Shown in pieces: positions 43,919 through 51,951 of a DNA stretch of 64,000 nt. The translations under genes were made by a program, and so were the position numbers. Positions within the stretch are counted from its first letter, which is position 1, and each line of letters opens with the position of its first letter. Origin of the DNA: a virus; the IMG/VR virus record IMGVR_UViG_3300042553_000685; one strand, given 5' to 3'. Under the pieces are notes generated by a model. That model was given only the letters and a program-made list of their open reading frames with translations, did no database searches and had not been told where the DNA came from.

Positions 43919-43948
43919 CCGTCCGTTTACGGCAGCGATGATATCAAG
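43919..43948 (+). repeat. TnpB 3' end / guide-RNA stem-loop-like remnant, copy 2
   Basis: ccgtccgtttacggcagcgatgatatcaag preceded by gggaatcg, about 5 differences from copy 1. Confidence 0.55.
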
Positions 43949-44035
43949 TGGTTTAATAAAGTCTTGATTCTATCCACATAAAGAATAATGGTTAATGGTA
44001 GGCTCTTCACTCCATAACCTGTAATCTAATAAACC

Positions 44036-44530
44036 ATGCCTAACATAAGAACTTACATCTTTAATAGTACCGTAATACGGGTAATCATCAAATGTAAGCA
44101 ACCCTGGTTTGTAAAGGACGACATACTAAATGTATTAGGCCTCCGTAGCACAGAGGCGCTAAATCCTAAGGAGTGTGCTACCTTTACTATTACTGATACT
44201 AGTGGTGCAAGGGATATACCTGTTATATCTCTGCCTGCTGTATATAGGCTTATCCATATACATAAGATAGATAAGACGAATAACCTTGCTCTGTTCCTGC
44301 GCCGCATAGAAGACATGGTGGTAGGGGACATGGTATTATCTGACGTCGTGCCTATTTATAAGACCATTAGCTTATCTAGGTATCGGCGTCGCCCTTGTAT
44401 TTATCTTGAGACTATTTTAATCCTTCTGATTACTATAGTTATATCGAGTTTACTCACGCCGCATAAACATACAATGATACGTGTACTTGATGCTATGTTG
44501 TTTGGAGATACGGTAGAGGCCCACAATTAG
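44036..44530 (+). CDS. Bro-N-like domain protein with C-terminal TM segment
   Basis: FNSTVIRVIIKCKQPWFVKDDILNVLGL ... PVISLPAVYRLI resembles a degenerate Bro-N; hydrophobic ILILLITIVISSLL. Confidence 0.5.
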   Translation: MPNIRTYIFNSTVIRVIIKCKQPWFVKDDILNVLGLRSTEALNPKECATFTITDTSGARDIPVISLPAVYRLIHIHKIDKTNNLALFLRRIEDMVVGDMVLSDVVPIYKTISLSRYRRRPCIYLETILILLITIVISSLLTPHKHTMIRVLDAMLFGDTVEAHN

Positions 44531-44613
44531 ATATAGAGCCCCGCGCGTTCCCTGGCTATACGATTAGTCTTGCAGCGCGCGTGAGCGGAGTGTTAATTTA
44601 TTGAGATATAAAT

Positions 44614-45672
44614 ATGGCTAAGAATGAGATATCAGAGCAACTTAAGCTTGCTCGAAAGCTAGATACTGAGCTTAGAGCAAAGTGTTCTAATTACATGGGG
44701 GGCCTTGGCTCTACTAGTTCTATCGAGCCTACTACTTTTATACCCAGTGGTATATTCTCATTGGACTATGTATTAGGAGGTGGGTGGCCCGTAGGTAAAA
44801 TAGTAGAGATTGCAGGTGAGACTAGTGTGGGTAAGACCACACTTATGAAACAGTGCGTTAGTCTATTACAGGCTAAGGGATACATGGCAGCGTGGTTAGA
44901 TCACGAGAAGTCATTCGAGGTTGGTTATGCTCGGATGATGGGTATGAAGATGGACCAGATAGCCATGTTCCGCCCCGATACAGGAGAGGAGGGTATGGAT
45001 AGTCTTATTACTCTATTAGACAGTGGTCTAGTCAAGATAGTCGTTATTGATTCAGTAGCGAATATGATAGGGGCTGTTGAGATGGAGAAGGGCTCTGCTG
45101 ATGCTACTGTTGCTCAATTGGCCCGCCTGCTTAGTAAGAAACTACCTCAAGTAGTTAATGCTGCTAATAAGACTGGTGCTATCGTAGTGTTGATTAATCA
45201 GTATCGCACTAAGGTAGGTAGTTATGGGGCCCCCGTCGGCTCCACTGGTGGTAAGGCCCTGGCCTATAATGCTGCCGTACAACTGCGGCTAGGACGAGGA
45301 GATCCCCTTAAACAGCGGGGCGTTATAACTGGTATGACTATTACAGTCAAGAACACTAAGAATAGAGTAGCTATTCCCTTTCGTGAGGCAGAGTTAGATT
45401 TACTATTACCCTATACAGGCCCCAATGGGGATCTACTGGCGGGCGTGGATCTAGTGGGCGACATTGTACGTCAGGCTGTTAAGACTGGTATAGTTACTCG
45501 TAGTGGGGCCTTCTATACCCTACCTGATGGTTCTAAGTTCCAGGGCCTAGCAGCAGTTCGTGCTGGTATTAACCAGAGTATGCTAGATTCTATTTACAGT
45601 CAGTTGTCGGAGTACCAAGACAACGCAGCAGGTGATGACACCAAAGAAACAATTAACGACGAGCATGTATGA
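44614..45672 (+). CDS. recA: RecA-family recombinase
   Basis: Colinear with E. coli RecA from memory: FIPSGIFSLDYVLGGGWPVGKIVEIAGETSVGKTTL (Walker A), VVIDSVANM (Walker B), INQYRTKVG, GGKALAYNAAVQLRL. Confidence 0.85.
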   Translation: MAKNEISEQLKLARKLDTELRAKCSNYMGGLGSTSSIEPTTFIPSGIFSLDYVLGGGWPVGKIVEIAGETSVGKTTLMKQCVSLLQAKGYMAAWLDHEKSFEVGYARMMGMKMDQIAMFRPDTGEEGMDSLITLLDSGLVKIVVIDSVANMIGAVEMEKGSADATVAQLARLLSKKLPQVVNAANKTGAIVVLINQYRTKVGSYGAPVGSTGGKALAYNAAVQLRLGRGDPLKQRGVITGMTITVKNTKNRVAIPFREAELDLLLPYTGPNGDLLAGVDLVGDIVRQAVKTGIVTRSGAFYTLPDGSKFQGLAAVRAGINQSMLDSIYSQLSEYQDNAAGDDTKETINDEHV

Positions 45673-46100
45673 CAAACAAGACAACACAACCTCAGTATAA
45701 GGTGACACCACCGAATCAGAAACAATTAGCGAATATGACGTTATCGGAGTTGACAAGCAGTATAGCTAGTCTCAAGCAGGCTCTGCAAGTTATTAGTGAG
45801 TATATGAATAAGCATCTTAAGGATGCGGGCTATACGCCCCAGCAATCTAGGAATGACATTTTCTATAGTGCCACGCGCCATACTGATGGGCATAGTGATA
45901 TAGGCAGTGATGTTAGTATGGGGGTTAACAATAATTATACTCCTACTGGTGCTCCAGCTCTATTTGATGGACGACTAGCTATCGTAGATAGCACACTAGA
46001 GGACGAGTTCCGTAGAGAAGTAGATCTGTCTACTGAGGAGTTTGCAGAAGAGCAAGAACGGCTCGATCTATTAAATAGCATAAGAAGCAGCCAGCAATAA
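45669..46100 (+). CDS. hypothetical protein
   Basis: 143-aa ORF overlapping the recA stop. Confidence 0.5.
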   Translation: MTNKTTQPQYKVTPPNQKQLANMTLSELTSSIASLKQALQVISEYMNKHLKDAGYTPQQSRNDIFYSATRHTDGHSDIGSDVSMGVNNNYTPTGAPALFDGRLAIVDSTLEDEFRREVDLSTEEFAEEQERLDLLNSIRSSQQ

Positions 46101-46104
46101 TAAT

Positions 46105-49100
46105 ATGCAAATCAACGTTATACACACAGATGGTACTCGTACCCCCTATGATGCCAATCGCGCTATCGAGGTAATTAACTGGGCCTGCGAGGGCCTAGAG
46201 GTAGATCCCGATAAGTTATCTCGGCGACTTAGTCGTCGCTTTAATGATGATATCACTACAGAAGCGATACAGAATGGTCTGATTAGATCAGCAGCTGAAT
46301 TAGCCGACTTGAATTACCCTGATTGGCTGAAGGTCAGTGGTCGTCTTCGTATGTGGGATTGGCGGCGTAAGGTTAAGGCCCGCCGCGGCTATCTCTATGG
46401 TAATTATCCAGTGGCCTTCGAGTACCTGAGGTCTGAGGGCCTCTATGAAGGAGACCTAATAAAGAACTTCTTAGACTTGTATAGTACTGATGACATTGCT
46501 GAAGCCGGCACCTGGATAGACCCAGAGCGCGATATGCGCTTTGATATAAGCGGCGCTGATCTTCTCGTCTCGCGCTATCTACTAGAGGGTGAGTTACTAC
46601 AGGAGATGTGGCTAACACAAGCATTACTCCTCAGTATGCTGGAGCCCGCCCACGAGCGTATGGCCTTTGCTCATAAGACCTATGACCTACTCAGCCTCGG
46701 TAAGATCAGCCTGGCCACTCCTCTTATGAGTAATCTACGTCAGGCCGATGGTAGCCTCAGTAGTTGTCATATAATCGATATCGATGATAGTCGCGAGAGT
46801 ATCTTCGATAATATCAAGCAGCTAGCAGCAATGAGTGCTAATGGCGGTGGGGTGGGCATACGCATTAGTAAGGTGCGGGCCCGCGGTAGTCGTATTCGTA
46901 AGAAGAAGGGCGCCAGTGGTGGCGTATGCCCTTGGATTAAGATTATCAATGCTACCATCGTCGCTACTAATCAACGCGGTGTACGCGCAGGGGCCTGTAC
47001 CGTAGGTATAGACGTATGGCATGCTGACCTCCTTGAGTACATGGATCTGCGGGGCGATGCTGGTAGTGAGCATACGAAGGCTCGTGATATCCTGCTGCAA
47101 TTCATTATCTCTGATGAGTTCATGCGTCGAGTAATTCTCGATGAGGACTGGTACCTAGTGTGCCCTACTGAAATCAAGAATGTATTTGGATATCAATTAG
47201 CCGATATGTACGGTGATGAATTTACCAATGCCTATCACGCCATCGAAACATATATCAACTCCTCCGCTCCTCCGCTCGACGTAGTTAAGAGGGTCAGCGC
47301 TAAGGCTATATGGAAGAAGATGCTGATGCTCCTACTTGAGACAGGTACTCCTTATGTGGCCTTTAAAGACCGCATTAATGCGCTTAACCCTAACAAGCAT
47401 GAAGGTATCATCGGTGGAGTAAATCTATGCGTAGCCCCTGAGACACTTCTTTTGACTGATCGGGGCCACCTACCTATCGCTACCCTAGCAGGGCAGGTAG
47501 TCAACGCTTGGAACGGTAGTGAGTGGAGTGAGGTAACGGTACGCCAGACAGGAGAGAATCAGCCCCTTCTACGAGTCCACTTCAGTAATGGAGAGACGCT
47601 CGACTGTACCTACTACCATAAGTTCCACGTACAGCGTCGTAATGGGGTAGATATTGTCGAGGCCCGCGATCTCGAGATAGGTGATAAGCTTATTAATTTC
47701 GATTTGCCAGTTCTATCCTCTGATAACGATGTTGATTTCCTTATATCAAAACTAGGTGACGATAAGGAAGAGTTACTATCTTACATCGCATATCTTCGTA
47801 ATCCTAAGGTAGCGGTATACGATTACGTGAAGCAGACCTGTCAGAAGCCCTCATTATATTGCCCTGATGATTTAACTGTTCCCATTAATGGTTATACTAT
47901 TCAGACCCGATTAGAGTGGTTGGCTAGGCTGCTTGATTCTAATGGTACTTATAATAGCTTCCAAACCTTCAAAATAACGCATACCAGTAAGCCCTTCCTA
48001 TTACAAGTGCGGCTCATGCTACAGACGCTTGGAGTGGACTCTAAGGTTTTCCCCCGGTATAAAGGGCTTCGGGCGTATCGTCAGGAGAAGTTCTGCCTAT
48101 TAATTGATAGGTATGGAGTATATCAGTTATCCCAACTAGGCCTACGAACTAATCGCCTTCAGTGGATGGCTAAAAAACCTAAGTATGACAATACTGATCA
48201 CATTACTATCAAGAAGGTAGAACTCACTGGTCGTCGTGATAATACGTACTGCGCTCACGAACCTAAGCGTAACCTGCTCATGTTCAATGGAGTGCTTACA
48301 GGCAATTGCGTCGAGTCATATAGTTTATTCAATAGCAGCTACTCACATTGCTGTATGCTTCTGTCGTTAGTACTACCTCGTATTGCTGACGATGAGATGG
48401 CTGATGTTAGCCGTATGGCTGTTCGTCTATTAGATGCCGCGTGTGATCTTACTACTAGCCCTACTCCTGAGGCTCGCGCTCATGTGAGCCGCTATCGTAC
48501 CATAGGCGTAGGTGTCATGGGGCTGGCTGACTGGTTAGCCATTAGGCACCTTAAGTATCAGGATCTCGATGTCATAGAAAGACTATTCGAAGACATCTGC
48601 TTCTATACTACTCAGGCTAGTGTAGAACTAGCAGAGGAGCGCGGGGCTTATCCTGCATTCCCTGGTAGTGAGTGGAGTAAGGGCCTTATCCTGGGTGGTC
48701 GTGATAAGGAGTGGGTGAGAGATAATAGCACCGACCCCGAGAGATGGTATGCCCTCATGGAGCGTTTAGTCGTATCGGGTATTCGTAATTCTCACATCCT
48801 GGCTACTGCTCCTAACTCCAGCACCTCGTTGGTACAGGGCACCACGGCTTCCTTCTTACCTGTCTTCTCTCGTCTTACCATTGATAAGAATGGGGCTGGT
48901 ATTAATACCATTGTCCCACTCTATATCAAGGAGGCATTTCACTTTTATCAGGAGAGCCGCCATACTCATCCCAGTGTCGTAGTCTCTGCTGCAGCAGTTA
49001 TTCAGAAATGGATAGATACTGGTCTTAGCACTGAGTTGTTATTCAATTTCAATGAACACGCCTATGGCCTCGACATCGTAGCCACTGCTAAGGATCTAAA

Positions 49101-49212
49101 TGATGTCTATCTGCAGGCGTGGCGTGAGGGCCTCAAGACATTATATTACGTGCGGAGTATATGGCAGGATAAGGTAACTGAGAAGAATGAGTGCCATTCC
49201 TGCGCTAGTTAA
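46105..49212 (+). CDS. nrdA: class I ribonucleotide reductase alpha subunit, intein-containing
   Basis: GGGVGIRISKVRARGS, catalytic NLC..E motif restored after removing the intein, C-terminal CHSC redox pair; R2 gene nearby. Confidence 0.9.
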   Translation: MQINVIHTDGTRTPYDANRAIEVINWACEGLEVDPDKLSRRLSRRFNDDITTEAIQNGLIRSAAELADLNYPDWLKVSGRLRMWDWRRKVKARRGYLYGNYPVAFEYLRSEGLYEGDLIKNFLDLYSTDDIAEAGTWIDPERDMRFDISGADLLVSRYLLEGELLQEMWLTQALLLSMLEPAHERMAFAHKTYDLLSLGKISLATPLMSNLRQADGSLSSCHIIDIDDSRESIFDNIKQLAAMSANGGGVGIRISKVRARGSRIRKKKGASGGVCPWIKIINATIVATNQRGVRAGACTVGIDVWHADLLEYMDLRGDAGSEHTKARDILLQFIISDEFMRRVILDEDWYLVCPTEIKNVFGYQLADMYGDEFTNAYHAIETYINSSAPPLDVVKRVSAKAIWKKMLMLLLETGTPYVAFKDRINALNPNKHEGIIGGVNLCVAPETLLLTDRGHLPIATLAGQVVNAWNGSEWSEVTVRQTGENQPLLRVHFSNGETLDCTYYHKFHVQRRNGVDIVEARDLEIGDKLINFDLPVLSSDNDVDFLISKLGDDKEELLSYIAYLRNPKVAVYDYVKQTCQKPSLYCPDDLTVPINGYTIQTRLEWLARLLDSNGTYNSFQTFKITHTSKPFLLQVRLMLQTLGVDSKVFPRYKGLRAYRQEKFCLLIDRYGVYQLSQLGLRTNRLQWMAKKPKYDNTDHITIKKVELTGRRDNTYCAHEPKRNLLMFNGVLTGNCVESYSLFNSSYSHCCMLLSLVLPRIADDEMADVSRMAVRLLDAACDLTTSPTPEARAHVSRYRTIGVGVMGLADWLAIRHLKYQDLDVIERLFEDICFYTTQASVELAEERGAYPAFPGSEWSKGLILGGRDKEWVRDNSTDPERWYALMERLVVSGIRNSHILATAPNSSTSLVQGTTASFLPVFSRLTIDKNGAGINTIVPLYIKEAFHFYQESRHTHPSVVVSAAAVIQKWIDTGLSTELLFNFNEHAYGLDIVATAKDLNDVYLQAWREGLKTLYYVRSIWQDKVTEKNECHSCAS
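47428..48306 (+). mobile_element. intein (293 aa) with degenerate LAGLIDADG-like endonuclease region
   Basis: Starts CVAPETLLLTD, block B TYYH, ends VLTGN followed by +1 Cys. Excision joins GGVNL to CVESYS, giving NLCVE. WLARLLDSNGT resembles a LAGLIDADG motif. Confidence 0.8.
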
Positions 49213-49228
49213 ACTAGGAGAAGTACCA

Positions 49229-49435
49229 ATGGATACAAAGGATACAAATTCACTAACACTTGAGCAAGAATTACGGCTGCGCGCTACGTCAGATACTATT
49301 GATAAGATGACGTTAGAGCAGGCTCGCCATATGCTCAAGGATATGATGAGGCAAGCAATGATTAGAGATAATCTATACAAGGCTATCATCAAAAAGGATT
49401 GGGGTCTAGAGCTAACGACCCCGCCTAATCACTAA
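49229..49435 (+). CDS. small hypothetical protein
   Basis: ATG at 49229 with ggaga RBS; track start 49187 lies inside nrdA. Confidence 0.45.
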   Translation: MDTKDTNSLTLEQELRLRATSDTIDKMTLEQARHMLKDMMRQAMIRDNLYKAIIKKDWGLELTTPPNH

Positions 49436-49444
49436 CACCTACTT

Positions 49445-49470
49445 GGGGTGGCGAGAGCCGCCCCTTTTTT
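49445..49470 (+). terminator. rho-independent terminator
   Basis: ggggtggc gaga gccgcccc followed by tttttt. Confidence 0.7.
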
Positions 49471-49488
49471 GTCACTATTTGGAGATAT

Positions 49489-50049
49489 ATGGATAATCAA
49501 CTCGTACGTAACGTCTTTAATATGGTAGCCGGTAAGGTAGTCACTACTGATGTCGCTATCAGCCTACTCGGTGCAGAGGACAATTGTTATGTCACTACTC
49601 TCATTAACTCAGTAGCAGCCGGTAATAAGACACCTGAACTAGCTACTACAGACTTCTATAACAGACTAGAGCGTAAGACTCTACTAGATGTTGTACGTGG
49701 TACCCGTCGTAATGTGCCCCTTCAGTTAGCTCTATTGCGTGATATTCTACTAACTATCGAGTTACCAGAGCCCCCCCAATTCGAGTTTGATATCCTCAGT
49801 CAAGATGACTTTCAGGCTCTCCGTACTCTAGTTTATAAGGCCCTCCCTCGTACAGTAGGTGACCCGGATGGGCAGAAGGCCTATGCTAAGTTTACTAAGT
49901 TAATGGGCCTTGCTACTACTGAGGTACTCGAGTTACCTGATTATGACGACGAGGAGGAGCTCGATGATGAGCTTCAAGAACTAGCCGCTGAGTTCAAGAA
50001 GGAGTTGGGCTTAATCACGAATGTAGAACCTAAAGCACCCCAAGACTAA
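49489..50049 (+). CDS. hypothetical acidic protein
   Basis: 186-aa ORF. Confidence 0.5.
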   Translation: MDNQLVRNVFNMVAGKVVTTDVAISLLGAEDNCYVTTLINSVAAGNKTPELATTDFYNRLERKTLLDVVRGTRRNVPLQLALLRDILLTIELPEPPQFEFDILSQDDFQALRTLVYKALPRTVGDPDGQKAYAKFTKLMGLATTEVLELPDYDDEEELDDELQELAAEFKKELGLITNVEPKAPQD

Positions 50050-50849
50050 TGCACGCTTACGCTTATATTGATGAGATACGCGCCCTTCGCCCTCTCGGCA
50101 ATACAATAGAGCTGGCTATAATTAAGCATCGCCAGGTGATAGTACAACGCGGACTGTTCGCAGTCGGTAGTCTATGTATTTATGTGGCCCCTGGCTCTAT
50201 TCTACGGAATGGGCTAGGGCCCTATAAACCCGGCTATAGAGTTAAGATACGTAGTTACAATGGCTATACTAGTCAGGGGTTAATATTACAGACCCCTCCT
50301 AATTTCACTAATTATCAGCTAGGAGACGATGTCAGTCAGGAACTAGCTATTGATTATCTTACTACGACTCTGCCTGCTATTATACCTGCCCCGCGCCTTA
50401 CCGAGTGCAGTGATTATAGTAAAGCGCGGGCCCTGGGTATGTATAGTTGGTATGAGTTACCCCCCGGTCAAGACTGCGCTCTATACGTCATAGATGGTGT
50501 ATTTGGTTCTGGCCCCGTAAGTGTTGATTATGACACCACAACTATATCAGCGTGTATGCGTGCATGGGGTGGAGATCTAGTAGTATGGGGTAGATACAGT
50601 GGTATACTCTTAATATATGATCTATATTTTATAGATCAGCAGCGTTATGCCACTCTAGAAGAGATAGAAGATTTCCTACTAGAAGTGCCCCTCCAGAGTT
50701 TATTAATTGAGAGACATGCCTCGTTACCTCTAACTGCTGATACTCTTCGTATACTGTGCTCTACTGCCAATACTACCGTACCTAGCAGTCACGTATTGTT
50801 GAAAGCAGAGGGGCCCGAGCCATATCAATTTGTGGTTAAGCCACGTTAA
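50049..50849 (+). CDS. hypothetical protein (N-terminus faintly like the RNA-ligase-associated OB domain)
   Basis: 266-aa ORF; pattern IDEIRALRPLGNTIELAIIKHRQVIVQRGLFAVGSLCIYV; no clear KxDG motif. Confidence 0.45.
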   Translation: MHAYAYIDEIRALRPLGNTIELAIIKHRQVIVQRGLFAVGSLCIYVAPGSILRNGLGPYKPGYRVKIRSYNGYTSQGLILQTPPNFTNYQLGDDVSQELAIDYLTTTLPAIIPAPRLTECSDYSKARALGMYSWYELPPGQDCALYVIDGVFGSGPVSVDYDTTTISACMRAWGGDLVVWGRYSGILLIYDLYFIDQQRYATLEEIEDFLLEVPLQSLLIERHASLPLTADTLRILCSTANTTVPSSHVLLKAEGPEPYQFVVKPR

Positions 50850-50853
50850 ATTA

Positions 50854-51900
50854 ATGCAAGTACATCTCCCCCCTATCTTTAATCCCAATGGTGACGATAG
50901 CCCCCAGAAGCGTAGACTATTTGGTGGGAACCCCACTAACATCATTAATCTAAAGGATGTCAAATACAAATGGGCCAGCCATCTCTTTACAGAGATGAGG
51001 GCCAATATATGGATTCCTCAAGCCACTGATCTCACGCCTGATATTAATAACTATGTCACGATGCCACCTAATATGAGGCGGGCCTTCGATGGTATGTTAT
51101 CCTATCTCACTTTCTTGGATAGTCTACAGACCCGCGTGTTACCGCTACTTATGCCTGTCATTACTGCACCTGAGGTTAGTATATGTATGGGCGAGCAGTT
51201 ATCACAGGAACAGGTACACTCTCAGTCATACGCATATATTATCGAGACTGTAATCCCCACGGATAAGCGAGATTATATCTACGAGTTATGGCGGGAGGAT
51301 CCTGTGTTATTGAGGCGCTGTGAGTATATCCAGAGTCTCTATGATAGGTATATTCACGATATGACTATGGAGAATTATACTATCAGTCTGGTGGGGGATT
51401 TCTTACTAGAGGGTATATACTTCTTTCCTGGCTTCCGTTTATTCTACGCTATAGCTAATGAGCGCTATATGTCTGCTACAGCTGATATCATTAAGCTCAT
51501 CGAGCGTGATGAACAGACCCACCTTAAATTAATCGCTAATATAATTCGTACCGGCCTAGCTGAGGGTACTCTCATGTGGGATACGGATGAGATTATGGAT
51601 CTATTCCGTAAGGCCGCCGAGTATGAGATTGAATGGGGCCTCCATATTGGACTTGGTGTGAATGGTATTAGTGCTACTACTATCGAACAATATGCTAAGT
51701 ATCTATGTAATATTAGAGCCCGCGCAATAGGCTTACCTACTGTATTCGAGGGGCGCCAGTATAGCCGCAATCCCTACGCCCATCTCGATAGATTCGCCGC
51801 TACTACTGGTGAAGACTCTATTACTCGAGATAACTTCTTTGAGAGTGGTGTTATCTACCGTAACCCCGCTAAGGTAGTAGACGGTTGGGATTCTATCTAA
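50854..51900 (+). CDS. nrdB: class I ribonucleotide reductase beta subunit
   Basis: Ferritin-like motifs LSQEQVHSQSY and ERDEQTHL; start moved to ATG 50854, just after the previous stop. Confidence 0.85.
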   Translation: MQVHLPPIFNPNGDDSPQKRRLFGGNPTNIINLKDVKYKWASHLFTEMRANIWIPQATDLTPDINNYVTMPPNMRRAFDGMLSYLTFLDSLQTRVLPLLMPVITAPEVSICMGEQLSQEQVHSQSYAYIIETVIPTDKRDYIYELWREDPVLLRRCEYIQSLYDRYIHDMTMENYTISLVGDFLLEGIYFFPGFRLFYAIANERYMSATADIIKLIERDEQTHLKLIANIIRTGLAEGTLMWDTDEIMDLFRKAAEYEIEWGLHIGLGVNGISATTIEQYAKYLCNIRARAIGLPTVFEGRQYSRNPYAHLDRFAATTGEDSITRDNFFESGVIYRNPAKVVDGWDSI

Positions 51901-51924
51901 ACACAACAGTTAATTAACTACACC

Positions 51925-51949
51925 GCCCCTCCGTTGGAGGGGCTTTATT
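51925..51949 (+). terminator. rho-independent terminator candidate
   Basis: gcccctcc gtt ggaggggc then tttatt; same CTCC-GTTGG-GGAG flavour as the 681-925 hairpins. Confidence 0.55.
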
Positions 51950-51951
51950 GT

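Noticed and set aside
46373-47177. Several minus-strand ORFs inside nrdA
   Set aside because: They are antisense to a gene with unambiguous RNR motifs.
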